The notes beneath the pieces were generated by a model, which was given only the letters and a program-made list of their open reading frames with translations, was not told where the DNA came from and made no database searches. From the NCBI GenBank assembly GCA_018398765.1, contig JAHBMJ010000170.1, positions 1-54,192 of the forward strand: 54,192 bases of DNA, in the 5' to 3' direction. Source of the DNA: Chromera velia. Lineage: Eukaryota. This document shows, one piece after another, positions 22,498 to 37,535 of the stretch; position 1 is the stretch's first letter; each line of letters begins with the position of its first letter. The position numbers and the translations under genes were made by a program.

Positions 22498-24812
22498 ATG
22501 CGGTCCGGTGTGAAGTTCTCCGTCTCGGTTGCTGCTGTCCTCTGTACCTGTATTGTGGGGACAAGCATCAGGATAAACCTCCAGGCTTCAGATCGTCGAC
22601 TGGCTTTTGCTTTAAGCGCATTCCGACCGATAGAAAGGAATTCGATTAAGATGAGCTCTGGAGGAGACGGCAAGACGTATGTAATCACCGGAGCCACTGA
22701 CGGTCAGAATTTTGATGACACACAAACTTATGCATGTCACTTCCAAAGTCTCCCTAGCTGCTGTATTGTCTTGTGTCTTTGGGTTTGTCACATCTGTGCG
22801 CCCATGCATCCCTTCTCACACCATGCAGAGATATCTTAGCTCTATCGTCCATCCGTCTCCGTCTCCGTCTCGTGCATGCCGTCTCTGTTGCTCTCTCGCA
22901 GCCCATTTTCCTAGTTCCAGTCTCCGCATCTTTGTGCCATTCTCCGGCTCTGTTTACGTTGACTTCCTCTCTCCGTTCCTGACTCCTCACAGCTGCTCCT
23001 CTCTTCCGCCCTTCTTGCCGCCGTCATGTCTATGGAGTCTCCCCTAGCTGCTCTCTCTCACTGCTCCGAGCGCTTCTGACCGTGGCCGTTGTCTTTCTTA
23101 TCCTTCCTTCTTATACCCAGAACTTCCTTTTGTTCATTCTGGGGGTCAATTCCTCCAGCTGTCTCTGTCTCTCTCCCAGAAGTTGTCTTGCCGCGGCTTG
23201 ATCGGGAGCTCTCCCTCCCTCCCTACCTCACTCCCTCCGTCCGTCCCTCCCTCCCTTCAGACTGAGATGGTGACACAGTCTATTTACACTTTCCCATCAC
23301 TTCTATGAGATTTTCCTCATAACACAGACTCATCCACTAATCCGCCCGTGGCTCTTTTATCTGTTGGAACTTCCCCCCCCTTAATTTAATTTCTCTTCAG
23401 GCATCGGCCTTCACACCGCGAAGAGGATCGCCAAGTACAACCCCAAGAACAAACTCATTCTGCATGGTCAGTCAGGAGCCAGCCACTGACAGGCGGTCGG
23501 GGGGGTGGGCCGGTGGGTGGGTGGGCAATTCCTTTTGCACTCACTCCTCGCTTCCTTCCTTCCGACCGTCTCTCTCTGCTGGACCTCCGACATCCATCCA
23601 TCCTTTGCACGGAGCGTCCTTCGAGAGTCTACACAGACGTCCATCCATGCAAGCTGAAAGGAAAGGCAATCGACCCCCCCAACTTATCCCCCCCGGAGGC
23701 CCACAAGGGTGGCTTCGGACGCTGATCGAAACATTTTCGTTGCGATGTCGATCCATCCATCCATCCATACACTTCCCTTCCCCCCCCCCCGCAGGCCGAA
23801 ACTCTGACCGCATCGCGAAGGCCATCAGCGCAGTCCGGCAGTTGGGGTGCGAGAGCGTGTTCGGATATGAGGCCAACCTGCTGTCTATTCAGGAGACAAA
23901 GGACCTGGCAGAGGTGAGTGAGGCCGGTGTATCGATATCGCTCTTCATCAATATGTGGATGCGTGTGTGCATGCATTTATGTTTGATTTGATTTAGACGT
24001 ATTCACTCACAGTTTTCGAAGGCAATCGATTCACTGTGAGCATCGACGTGCTCCCTGCCTGCAGGATTTTCATTCGAAAAGAAAAGAAAATACAGAAAAC
24101 CAAGGCAGGTCTCCCTGTTGTGCTCTGCTAGACCCGCGTTTGTTTGGATTGGCTGAAGGGACGCACAGTAGGTGCATGGCTTCAGTGAGACCGGCAAACA
24201 CAAACAAAGAAAGAAAGCGGCGGGCAAACAGAGAGAGACAGAAAGAACTACCGCCTGGAACGAAGGAAGGCGGGAGAGAAAATAGCAAGGAGTAAGGAAA
24301 GGGAAGAAAAAGGACTGGTGCTACCATCAACGTGTCCGGCAGTTCGCCTGTGAGAGGGTGAAGGGGTGTGTGTAAGTCTGCCTGTTTGCCTGCCTGCCTG
24401 CAGAGAATCGCAAAGGACCACCCACACATCGACGTCTTGCTCAACAGTCAGTCAGTCGGTCTGACTGTCAGCTGGTTCTCAAATTAATGAGTCAGCACGT
24501 GACTGAGGAAAGCTTGTGCTTTTTTGCGTGAGTGAGTGAGGGATGAGGTGAGTGAGTTCTTGAGTGACAGAAAAAGGAAGCAGACAACAAGGAAAGGAAG
24601 AAGAAAGAAAGAGAGAAGTAAACCGTAACCTCCTATGGAGAGGCTGGAGGAAAGCTGGGTCTCGATCTCTGCATCTTCTTAAATGTGTAGGCATGGATCC
24701 GTGCATTCATTCTCTTCGTCACTTTCTTGTTATCTCTGTCTGTCCGTTTCTGCAGACGCAGGGGTATTTGCAGAGACGCCAATCAGAAGCGAGAATGATT
24801 TGGAGGGGGTCG

Positions 24813-24879
<67 letters not shown>

Positions 24880-25368
24880 TGTGTGCGTGCGTGCGCGCGC
24901 GCGCGCGCACTAATGTTTGCGTTGGTGTGCGTCTGCTTGAACCAACGAGTTTTTGCATTCAGCCCCTTAGCCAACCCACTCAGATTTGGCGGCGGTACCT
25001 GCAGGAAGGGAAGGAAAAACGATCGAGAGAGACTGGGGAAGACATTCCGTCCTTCCTGCCTTCCCTCCCTTCCTTCCTCCCTCCCTGCGCCCCTTCCTGC
25101 TTTTTTTTCGTCCTTTCCTTCCCTTCCTTACTCCCCCCATCTCCCGTTTTCTCTCTGAGAGGAGCGAATGAAGGAGAAGGAACTGACGAGGCGTCGTCCT
25201 CTCTTGTCTGTGGCTCTCTTCTCTTTTTTCTCTTTCTGTTCTCTGCCTGCAGACATTTCATTGTAACGTCGTGGCTCCGTACATCCTCACCTGTCGGCTT
25301 GCTCGACATTTGCCTGACGGTCCGCCTTTCTTTCTTTATTTTCCTCTCTGCCTCTTTGCCTCCCTTCG

Positions 25369-25435
<67 letters not shown>

Positions 25436-27337
25436 TCTTTTAATTTCTTCTGTTCTCTTCAATAACCATGTCGACCATTGCCAGATTGTTGAATCTGTAC
25501 ACATGTTCTTTCTCTCTTTTGACTGCATGCATGACTGTGTGACCATGCAGGCACGGGCAGGCTTGTGATCACGTCCTCAATCTCTCAGGGCGGCTCTCTG
25601 GACCTTGACCGGGTGCAGGTGAGAATATGGGGGTGGAGTGACCGGGTGCAGGTGAGAATATGCGGGTAGTCAGTCCGTTCGATGTCTGGAGTCTGATTTG
25701 GGCGGTGCTCCTGCAACGAAAGCATGGAGGAATGCTCTTTTGCTTGGGTAGCCGTTGCACGGAATCCTTGTGTGTGTGTGTGTGTGTGTGTGTCTGTGTG
25801 AGCGAGGGAGAAGAGAAGAAGCAAGCAGGGAAGGAAAACTTCAATTAAGCAAACGACTTAATTCTGTTCTGATGTGCAGAACCTTAGTGGGCACAGTGCT
25901 TACTCTGTGTCGAAGCTGGCGGACTGCGCGCTCGCTCTCTGGTTTGCAGAGAAACTGGAGGTGAGTGGGTCGTGCACGTCTTATTTCTCTCTTCTTAAGC
26001 GTTTGGTTTCGCTTCGCGTGTGTAACATTTGCCTCTTTGCGTTTGGAACGAGTTTCCGCTGTCTGTTTTACAGTATGTCAGGGCGTATATCTTTCCTTCG
26101 CCAGTTTTTGCTTGCTGATTTTCTTTCTTTTTTGTGTGTGTGTTGGTCGTGCTGGTGGATTACTCGAATAATTCTGCCAGCGTTGGTTGGATGGATGGAT
26201 GGATGGATAAGTTAGTGAGTGCACTGATAGATAGACGAGACGGAAAAGACGAGTGGGCCCTCGTCGAAGACGTTTGATTAATTAAACGAACGAATGCATG
26301 CATGATGAGTGAAGGAAGTGATCGATCGTCGAATGAATCGACGGACGGAAAGATGGACGGATGGATGTGGGGAAGTGGACGAATGGGTGCATGGGGGGAT
26401 TCTGCGTGTGTCGATCGAGGGGTTTGCTTTTGACGTCTTTCCCCCTTTCTCCCTCCCTCTCTCCCTCCCTGCCTGCCTGCCTGCAGAAGCGAGGTATCAA
26501 GTGTCACACACTGGACCCTGGCACCGTGGTTAGTCGGTGTGTGTGTGCCGCTTCAAATGTGAGAGAGGGGGGGCGTATGGGTTGTTGCAGATTGGGAAAA
26601 GCAGAAGATATTTCAATGCAGTGGGAGCTTTTGTAAAGGAAAAAAGACATTTTCCCAGGGGGTAAGGGGATAGCAAACAAGAAAGGATGGAAGGGGAGGA
26701 GGACGCGAATGAGAAGGGAAGGAGGAACAAAGAAACACGAACGAACAAACGAACGAACGAACGAACGAACGAAAGAAAGAAAGAAAGAAAGAAAGCAAAT
26801 AAAAAGGCAGACGACGAAATACTGACCAACTAAGAGAAGAGAACAGTCACAATCAGGCTGAGTGTGCTACGGTCTCTCTGGCCTCTTGTCGGCTTTTGCT
26901 GGATGTCAAGTGATGCATTGGTTGCGGCTTTTGATGTTTGTAGTCCCCCTTTCCCTCTCTCCCTGCCTGCCTGCCTGCAGAACACGAAAATGCTCCTGGC
27001 TGGGTGGGGTGCCTGTGGTCAGTCCCTGTTTTCCCCCTTCCCCTTGCGTGTGTTCCTGTCGCTTTTCTCTGGTTCAGTTAACCATCTTGATCGCCTTACA
27101 ATTTCCGTCTGGAATTAGGGCATTTAGGCCCAAAGAAAATCGGCCCTGTTGTCTGGAAGTGGCCCCTCTGTGAGTCTATCAGAGAGACAGACTATTGGAG
27201 CAAAGAAGGGAAAGAAAGGGAACAAGACTCGATGGACGTCAGAGTATTTGCTCTGAAGTGTGCCGAAAGAGTTTGGGGGCACCGCCAGAGAAGACTCGCT
27301 CATACAGATTTTGGTATCATTCTCGTTTTGCCTTCTT

Positions 27338-27385
<48 letters not shown>

Positions 27386-27452
27386 TGTGTATGTGTGTGT
27401 GTGTGGGTGTGGGTGTGTGGGGGTGTGTGTGTGTGTGTGTGTGTGTGGGTGT

Positions 27453-27490
<38 letters not shown>

Positions 27491-28387
27491 GTTCGTCCAT
27501 CCGTCCTTGGTGGGTCTGCAGGCATCGACGTGAACTCTGCTGACGACACTTTTTGGCTGGCAGTGACGGATGCTCCTATTGTAAGTGAATGACTGAGGGA
27601 GTGAGTGAGGAAGCAACCAAATCGGTTGAAAAGAAATGTGGACAAAGGGAATCAGAAACAGCACTGGAAGGACTGTAACAGGAAGGCTAACGAAGTAGAG
27701 ACACATCCAGGAACATTGCTTTCTCGTCTCGATGGGGTCGGTGAGGTGAGGATTCTGTGTGCAGGGAGGGAAGGAGGGACAGAAGGGTAGCAGCAGGTGG
27801 ACGCGTTTTCCCCTGGATCTCTCTTTTGTTTGAGTGCTTTGGCTGTTGTGCACTGGACTCACACTCGATCTCCCTGCCTGCCTGCCTGTCTCCCGGCAGA
27901 CCTTTGGATCGGCTGAAAGAGACGGAAAAAGAAGAAAAAGGAAAGGCGCAGTCATGAGTGATTCAAGAAAGATCGAAGATATCGATCAAAAAGCGAGGTC
28001 CGAAAAACACAATTCTCTCTTGAGCTCTCCTCGGTCTTTTGGGCATCTTTTCTTTTTGGGATGGGTTGCTGAACTGGAGGGAGGACAGCGTTTGGGGAGA
28101 GTAAATGCCAATAGGGAGATCGCGGGATGATTTGAATTCTGTGTGTGTGCATGCGTGCGTAGGTGACGGAGAACACGGGGACGTATTTTGTCGGCAGGGC
28201 TCCATCGCGACCTCACAGAGACGCGTGCGTCAGTTTGCGCGTTTGATTGATTGTGTGTGTGTGGGTGTGTGTGTGTGTGTGCGCGCGCGCTTGTTTATGT
28301 ATTGATTGGTTTGTTGGTTCGTTGGTGGGTTGGTGGGTGGGTTTGTTTGTGTGTTTGTGTGTTTGTGTGTGTGTTTGTGTGTTTGTG

Positions 28388-28433
<46 letters not shown>

Positions 28434-28517
28434 CAATGGTTTGTTTGTTTGTTTTTTCGTTTTCGGTCTGGTTGAGTGTTTTCTTAATTGTCTGTCTACG
28501 TATTTGTTCGTCTGTGT

Positions 28518-28555
<38 letters not shown>

Positions 28556-28761
28556 CCTTGTCTCTTTGTTTGTTGGGAAGAGGGAACATAAGTGTATTAT
28601 CCTGGCGGCTGCATGACTGCTGGCGTGGTGGTTGAGCAGAGCAGCGCAGACCAGACAGATCGATCGACAGCATCCTTCCAGATGGATGGATGTATATGTC
28701 AGATGCAGCTCCTACAGTCATGGATCCACACATTGGCACATCCGTCTGGTTAATTACAGAG

Positions 28762-28822
<61 letters not shown>

Positions 28823-28824
28823 GC

Positions 28825-28855
<31 letters not shown>

Positions 28856-28959
28856 GTCTGTCTGTCTGTCTCTGTCTCTCTCTGTCTCTGTCTCTGTCTC
28901 TGTCTCTGTCTCTCTGTCTGTCTATCTCTGTCGGTCTGTCTGTCTCTGTCTCTGTCTGT

Positions 28960-29026
<67 letters not shown>

Positions 29027-29554
29027 GGCTGTCTGTCTGTCTGTCTATCTCTGTCGGTCTGTCTGTCTCTGTCTGTGTGTGTTTGTGTGTGTTTGCATTT
29101 CCTTTTGTGTTCGCCCGGTTGTTGATGCCATGATTTCGAGCAGTCATACTTTTAAGCACCGGAGCCTCTGAGCCCGCCTTACATCATCTACTTTTGTGCG
29201 TGTGCATTAATTTTCTTTTCCGTAGACCTCTTTTTGGCTTGTCCGGCTCCATCCATAGCGATCCATCGAGTGCTTTCTCCTTTTGCACAAGTGCCCCCCA
29301 TCCCATGAGACATTCCGATCGATTACCGGGGAAGTCGTAAGCAGCGTCGGTCTCTCGAGGGAGGCCTTAGAAGGACCTCGAATGCTGCAGTCTAGAAATT
29401 GAAGCACGGGTCTTCATGTATCGTCGTACTCTCTGCCTGCCTCTCTGCCCGTCTCTCTCCTGCCTGTGTGTCGTGCAGGCTCGACAACTCCAAACGGAAA
29501 GCTCTGGTCGAGTACCTCCAGAAGCTGACTGGAGTGAATCCAGCAGAAGTGTGA
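22498..29554 (+). CDS. Classical short-chain dehydrogenase/reductase (retinol-dehydrogenase-like), 325 aa, with N-terminal targeting leader
   Basis: 13 phase-consistent exons: 22498-22702, 23401-23466, 23795-23913, 24404-24446, 24756-24808, 25253-25319, 25551-25618, 25880-25960, 26487-26528, 26981-27017, 27522-27580, 28163-28224, 29479-29554. Motifs [30 protein letters not shown], catalytic YSVSK, LDPGTVNTKML. Confidence 0.92.
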
Positions 29555-30030
29555 AATGCTCGGTGAATGGGGTCATCAATAGGTCTGTGGTGTTAGGAGG
29601 GATCAAGAAGTCCCGGGCCCAGCTAGTGGAGGGATGAACATCATTCAATGGTTGCAGGAAGTGTTTTTTGAAATAGAATGAATACTGCGCTAGACTAGGC
29701 GCTAGACAGAGTTTTTGACAACCGTTCATGTTGATATCATGTTGTTCTGATATTTATAGCCTACTATTTGCTACTATTTAGCTTAGTATTTACCCTAGTA
29801 TGGCCTAATATCTAGCGTAATATTCTCTTGACTTCAATGACTTACCAGATGGCCTGGCAGAGATTTGTTTACCTATAATTTGATACAATTAGTATCACAG
29901 CCTAGGTTAGAGCTTGTGTACAATTTCATAAACACAAGTCTAAACACAAGTTTAGTACTTATTTTATTCAATCAATAATATTTAAAGTAATTTCAAGTTA
30001 CTGATTTCATTGCTATAGTATTATAATTAT

Positions 30031-30079
30031 GATAGGTAGGATGGGATTTTATGTTTCGGGAATCCCCGCGGTCCACTGC
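30031..30079 (-). repeat. Dispersed ~50-bp repeat (possible 3' end of a non-LTR element)
   Basis: Reverse complement gcagtggaccgcggggattcccgaaacataaaatcccatcctacctatc matches 41103-41146 and 41161-41210. Confidence 0.65.
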
Positions 30080-30724
30080 CAGATATCGGTTTACATCAAA
30101 TTACTAGATTAATTAATATAGTTTTAATTCAAGCTCAACTTCATTCAATGTTAGTTTGATTCATTAGTTTTATAAGTTTCGCTCAAAGGCCTCTCAGGCT
30201 CTGCTATATATATTAATTCATCATGATTATAGAGAATTAGTTTGAAGACTAATTTAAAATAATTTGAAAATTAGAATTTCTGTTTGAAAAAATGATAGAT
30301 CTTCTTCAAAATCTTTTTCTAAAATTATGGGGCCAGTCTATAGGTATCAATACGATATAAAATCACCTTGAAAATCATACAAACTGTTTTTAAGCAATTC
30401 TATCTAGAATTCTAGCCGAACGTTAGAAGCCCTATACAGGCCGATGGAATTGCTGCTGGCGATGGTGCATGATGATGATTGATTGATTGATTGATGATAA
30501 TGATTTTTTTTTTAATGCTATACCCTCAGATTAAAGCTGGAATTGGAGCTTTGCCTTATGGCCGCAGTGATATAGTGATAGTGTTAGCGTATAGGCTAGC
30601 GTATAGGTAATTATCATTAAGTCTATGATAAAGACCAACATGGTTCGACACATCTTCATTAAAGTTTGCTTACATTCCCACAGTTAGAACCACTCTACTG
30701 ATTTTGTCAGAAAGTGTCGAAGCT

Positions 30725-33700
30725 TTACCGTCCAGCGTTTGTTTTTTGTCCCCCTTGTCCCTGTGCCCGTCTTACCTGCTTTTCATTTCTGTACAGAGTC
30801 AGGGCCTCCTCAAAGAATACCAACTGGTGCAGCATTGAGTAGTAACCTGCAGGAAACAATTAAAACATACACTGAGTGATCATATAGTGCATGGCACACA
30901 TCCACCAAAGGAAAGAGAGTCAGTTCCTCAAACACTCGTTTCTGTTTTCACTTATTCCATTACAAACGTTTCGTTTCACTGTCACCGACCCGACCCATTC
31001 CGTTTCCCCAATCGAGTGTTGACGTACCAATTTTCTCCGGTCCCCCCAAAAGTCCTTCAAGCTCGCTCTTCACCACTGTCTCATCCACCTCGCCCTCGTC
31101 CCTCACCAGACCGTCAGGCAGCGGGGGCGTAGACAGTCTCTTCCTTTCCCCCCCCTCCTCTCCCTGCCCCCCGCCTCCCCCTGCAAACGAGGGGGACGCG
31201 GGACCCGAGTGGAAGGCAGGACCCGCAGAGGAAAACCCAGACTTCGACAGAGCAGCCAGAGACGCAAACTGCTCTCCCCCCCTTCCCCCCGCGAGAGAGC
31301 TATCACGGGCTTTTATCAACGCCTCCTGACGTACTCTGTGAAGAAAACGCATCGATACGTCGAACGCGTCCCGGCCCAGTCCGGCGACACAAGCGCTGAA
31401 CGCAACGAAGAGACAGGGAGGAAAAGAGACACTCTAATTCACACAGATCCCCACATATTAATAGATGCATGCAAAGAAGAAAGGATACACACGTGCACAT
31501 CTGCACACACCCAACTTTGTTTCCTCCTTCCTTTTCTCCTTCCTCCGTTCCTGTTTTCCTTCCTCTCTGTCTTCCTTCCAAAAGTCGTGCAACCATTTTT
31601 GCCGTCAAGTGGCTCACTCGGTCGCTCATTCCTCTCTATCCAGCCACCCAGCCAGACAGACAGACAGACAGATATTTGGGCGTTATCGTCATTCATGTGT
31701 GCGTGTATTGGTATTTGTTTATGAATACATAACCCACTGGAGTACTCACTTTCTCATTTTTGTCATTTGTTGTCGGAGAAGGGGGGGGAATTCGGGGAGA
31801 GGTGCGGAGGAGGAAGAGGAAGCCGAGGACGAGTGGTTGTGGGGGGACGCTGGGTGAGGTTGTGTAGGGGCAAAACTCAAAAGGGGAGGGGAGGTGAAGG
31901 AAGGCGGCTCCTGCTGGAAGTCCCTCCCCCCCCTTTCCCTCTCAGTGCCTCCTCCACCCATCGCCTCACTGTCTCCTTCCGTCTCCCTGTCTCTTCCTTG
32001 AATTCCTATCTCCTCTCCATTTGAGTCGTTGTCATCCTCCTCCTCTTCCTTCCTTGCCCTCGTCCCCGGAGCCTCCTCTGTGACTGCCGCACTCTCCGGT
32101 CCAAGTTCCTCCTTCGGGCCGACCATGCGGTTGTCTTGAAGGGGAATGATGGGCACTGGCTGGTGACACCCGCACTCCTGCAGAGAAGGTCCCTCTTCCT
32201 CCTCACCCATTGGGTCCTGTATAAAATTTTCGGCGTGTCCCTCCAGTTCGGACTCCGCAAAAACTTGATCTTCCGGAATTGGGCGAGGGTGTCGGCATGA
32301 GAGGCGCATGGGAGAACGGGAGACAGGGCTGAGGGAAAGGGGGGAGGCTGAGGCGGCAGCAGCAGGCAGGGGAGGGAGCCGAGATGCCGCATGTGCGTGT
32401 TTAGGAGAGAGGCCGTGAGCAGAGGGTGACTTGAAGCCCGTGCCCCCTCTTTCCTTCTCCCTGTCCCCCCTCCAGCCTGAGCCTCCATTCCCTGCTGTCA
32501 GTTGGTGAGACAGAAAGTCCACCGCCATCTGGTGTCTGTACAGGGCCTGTTGCGTCTCCTCTATCTGCCTCTGAATCCTCACGAGGGCACAGCGGGTGGC
32601 GGGATCTGCGTCTCTATCTTTCTCGTCTGATGTGATCATGCATTTAAGGAAGGAAATCATGGAAAAGAAAAGAAAAGAAAAAGAATTGGAGACATCACAT
32701 GCAAAGAAAGACAGAAAGAATCAATCAGGAAGGGAGCGTTGTGTCGTTTCCTTCGAGCAGGCAACATCTGCCGACTACAAAGGAAAGATGAACAAAAAAG
32801 AGAGAGAAAGCGTTTCCCATGCAACGGTTCATTCTTCCAGCCATTCACGCGATAATTTCATGCTCGCCTATCCATCCATCCATCGATCCATCCATCGATC
32901 CATCCATCCATCCATCCATCCATCCATCCATCCATCGATCCATCCATCGATCCATCGATCCATCGATCCATCCATCCATCCATCCATCGATCCATCCATC
33001 GATCCATCCATCGACCCATCGATCCATCCATCCATCGATCCATCCATCCATCCATCCATCCATCCATCGATCCATCCATCCATCCATCCATCCATCGATC
33101 CATCCATCGATCCATCCATTCATCCATCCATCCATCCATCCATCGATCCATCGATCCATCCATCCATCCATCCATCCATCCATCGATCCATCCATCCATC
33201 CATCCCTCCCTCCCTCCATCCCATGCATGCATCCGGCAATAAACCGAAAGACTTACCGAGAGAATCAGTCACGTTTGAGAGACCATCTTCTTCTTCGTCT
33301 CTGTGTCTTCCTCTCCCTCTCCCTCCCTCTCTTTCCTTTTCACTCTCACTCCACCCCGCAATCATACGCGCATACTCTGCGTCCTCCTCTCTCTCCAAAG
33401 AACTCCGACGGTCACCTGCACCCTTACGGTACACACCCCTGCCCCCCCCCTTGTTTCTCTCCTCCCTCTCCCCCACTCTACGCAAGTGTCCCCCCCCTCC
33501 GCCCCTTTCCCTTCCTCTCTTCTGCCGACTCTTCTCCAAACTTCTCCAACCGTCACTTCGACTGGCAGGCCCTCCATCGAGCAGTCGTGGGTCGCTTGGG
33601 AGAGCCATCCCGTCCCTGTCTCCCCTCAAGCGTGCGTCAAAGACAGTAGAGGCAGGCGACTGTATCTGCTCCCTGCCCTCCCAATGAACTCTGTTGCTGT

Positions 33701-34684
33701 CTCTCTCCCCCTGTATGAACGTCCGCCTATCTCTCTCTCTGTGCCCACCTCCTCGGAACCTGCCTGCCCTCCCCCCCCCAGGGTTCTTCACCGGAGACAC
33801 GCTCACAGAAACGGATGACCCTCTGCCGACAGCCCGGCCGGAAGGACGTGCGTGGTGTGCCTGTCCGTCTGGAATCGGTAGTCTTCTCTTTTGGGGTCGG
33901 TGCATCATGGGGGAGTGGGAGTGGGAGTGGGAGGGGGACACGCCAATTCCTTCCGGGGCCGTCTGATGATGACTGTGACTGTGACTGTGAATGTGGGAAG
34001 ACCTGCAGACCGGAGAGGAACGACAAATCCTTTTCAAGCGTCAGGTGAGAAATAAATGAAATTTCACCGTAAATCGTATTCAATCAGCGAATTCACCGTA
34101 AATCAGTCAATCGCTTTTCTCATGAGCGGAACGAACCTGATTTTACTTATATCAAACAACTTGCGCAATGCACATTTGGTTTTCAGCACGACATTATTCA
34201 GATGGCCTCGGGAAAACAGTAGCTCAGGGGGCCTTTACACTTTCTTTCCTCCAAAATTCTCTTCCCCATCTCTCTTCCACGATTCCACGGACCTGTTCTT
34301 GTTTGGAGAGACAGACAGGGAGTGGTCTTCCTCCCTCCCTCCCCTCTCAGACCGACGAGGCGAACCTCCGCCCAGACTGTTCCTTTCCCTTTCCCTGTCT
34401 CCTCCAGATCCCCGGGGAGACAGAGACGGTGAGTGCATTCTTGGAGACTCTCTGTCCATCTCACCCACTCTGTCTGCCAGGTTTCTCTTCAACTCCTTCA
34501 CACGACGGTCCCACTCTGCTTGGGCCTCCATCTCATCCACACCCTCTCCGTCCTTTCCTAAGGGCCTCCAATGGCGTTCTCTCTCCTTCTCGGCGAAAGG
34601 AGAAATCACCCACGAGTTCCCGAGGCCTGTTGCAAAACGAACCTGCTCGCTGTTGTTGAAACCGACCTTCAACTTCGAAGCTGA

Positions 34685-34731
<47 letters not shown>

Positions 34732-34741
34732 CGCGCACACA

Positions 34742-34780
<39 letters not shown>

Positions 34781-37500
34781 GCTCATGTAACACAAAACAG
34801 ACCACTGCATCAGACAAGAAATAGGTAGACAAGCCTGCAGAGACACAGAGAGAGTCATTGACGCTTCTTCTTCTCACTGCCGTTTTTGCATGATTTTCTA
34901 GGTAACGCATGAACGACCAAACAAGGAAGGTGTTGTCTTCTCTTCTCAAAGTGTGATCGAATGAATCTTCAGATTTGTTGTCTCGGGGCTTGTGTATGCC
35001 TCCTGCCTGTGCACCGACGCGTCTCGTCTTCTCTTGCTAGAGAGAACAGAACATCCACACGTGGGATCAGTGGAGTCATTTCTACAAGAGGGTGGGGGCA
35101 GTCAAGTCTGGACGAAAAGACACGTAAGAGGACAGGCAGGCAGAGGCAACAGAGGACAGACAGAGAGAGAGAGACATGCAGGGGAATAGAGGAAGAGACG
35201 ACGGTTGAAGGAAGCCAAAAGAAAGACAGAGGACGGAAGGAAGGAAATGCCTGGTCAGTCACCGACAGACCCTGTATGCGTGCAAGATTCTCTCGTCTGA
35301 TTCGGTCGGCTTCTTCCTCAAAAACGCGGAGCCTTCTCTCCTGCATGCAAATACACAAACAGGAAAACAGATATACTCACAGTCAGTCAGATAGCTCGGA
35401 CGAAATCTATGCATGGAGGGAAGACCTCCCTCCAGAGGTTTGACACAGAGAGAAAGGAAGGGCTGAAACACAGAAAGAACATACTCAAAGGGCTGTTGGA
35501 ATATACCTCAAAATCTGCAGAAGAAAGAGAGTGCTCAAAAATGTCGACAAAGAGCGAAAAGCAAAAGAAGCACAGACTGACGAAAGCACGCACCTCTCTC
35601 TTCTGTCGTCTCATCTCCACTCTCTCCTTTCCGCATTTGTATCTGCATTGGCATCCCTGCGGATTGAAGTCTTGTCTCGTCGAGCTGCAATCAAAGAAAG
35701 CCATGAGGAAAGAGAGAATGACATACAAAAAGAAAGAAAGAAAGAAAGAAAGAAAGTATGGCGAAAGCACAGACAGGAATGTTATGTCTGTCGTTTTCCT
35801 TTCTCCTCTTCCAAAAAATTTCCAGAGAGAAAACGGTGTCGTGTTTAATTCAATTCCCCTTCATTCAGGCCTGGCTCTTCAATAAAAAGTTTCAGTCATG
35901 TCTCGCCTCTCTCTTTACATCATCTGCTTCACTGCATGCATGCCATGCGGAGAGAAAAATGACCGTCTGTATCGCTTCACGACGATCCCTTAACGAAACC
36001 TCCAGACTCACCCGTCAGCTCCCCGTGCCGCCTCGTTCCACTGCATACAGCAGGAGCACTGCGTCAGGCTGGCTGCATGATTATTGTTGTTGTTGTTGTG
36101 CCTGTGCGAGTTTCTTCCATTGTAGTACGACGACATTTTGGAGTTCCTCATCCCTCTGGTGGATCCCTTCACGTGCCGTCTCTCTCTCTCTCTCTGGGTC
36201 GTCAGGGCCTGGCCGTCTCCCTCCCTCACGGCCAATTGCGCGTTGAGATTCTCAAGCTGTCGGAGCTTCTCCCGGACTTCCTCCAAGTCAGAGGCCGCCT
36301 CTCGCAGGGCGAGCTGCAAGTGCGGAGAAGGGATGGGCAAATGAGGTAGATCTACAAAGAGTATCAGGTATCGGAACGGAGAAAGTGCACTTCAACATCC
36401 ACTCTCTCTCATCTCTTGGGAGGGCTGCTGCATTCAGGCAGGGAAACATTTAAAGTTTTGCAGGCATGCAGGGAAGCTGAGTGACTCCTGTTGGAAGGAA
36501 GACGTTCCCTCACAAAGTAGGATCGCTCAGAGATGTAGAAGGAAATGTGCATGCAAGAATGGAGTGAGCGTGGAAGAGGTAGCGGTGGGAAGGAGGAGCA
36601 AAGAGACTTTTGTGCTTGTTTTTGTCGTTTTTCTTCTCCGTTCTTTTCTTCCTTTGACCGACCGACCTCCGTCTCCTGTCTGTCCAACTCCTCTTCTCTC
36701 TCCCTCTGGTCTCTCTGCTGCATCTCCATCTTCTTTGGAGATCTGAACCTAGACCTGGATCCTGCTGCAAGTGCGTGTGCGTCCTCTTCGTCTTCTTCCA
36801 GAAGGCGCCGCCGAGACTGGTGACGCTCACACCCGCAGGATCGTCTCGGTACGTCAGGCTGACCTTCCTTTAGTTCTGTAGCCCTTCCCCCTCTGTGTGC
36901 ACTCTGCCTTCTCTTCCTCAAATTCTCCGCTCTCTGCTGGAGGGACTGGAGCTGCAGTTCTTTTGATCTCATGCGCTTGGTCAGCTGCATGCGGACAGAG
37001 GCATCAAGTCAGAGTGTCTCATGAAAGATAACGGCTCTCTTACAGGTGTTCCACAGGATTTGCGAGATACAGAACATAAATGGAAGCCACACATACACAC
37101 ACACACACACACGCAGAGAGAGAGAGGGGGNNNNNNNNNNNNNNNNNNNNNNNNNNNNNNNNNNNNNNNNNNNNNNNNNNNNNNNNNNNNNNNNNNNNNN
37201 NNNNNNNNNNNNNNNNNNNNNNNNNNNNNNNNNNNNNNNNNNNNNNNNNNNNNNNNNNNNNNNNNNNNNNNNNNNNNNNNNNNNNNNNNNNNNNNNNNNN
37301 NNNNNNNNNNNNNNNNNNNNNNNNNNNNNNNNNNNNNNNNNNNNNNNNNNNNNNNNNNNNNNNNNNNNNNNNNNNNNNNNNNNNNNNNNNNNNNNNNNNN
37401 NNNNNNNNNNNNNNNNNNNNNNNNNNNNNNNNNNNGGGGGGGGGGGGGGGGGGGGGGAGGAAGAGAGAGAGACAGAGAGACAGAGAGACAGAGACAGAGT

Positions 37501-37535
<35 letters not shown>

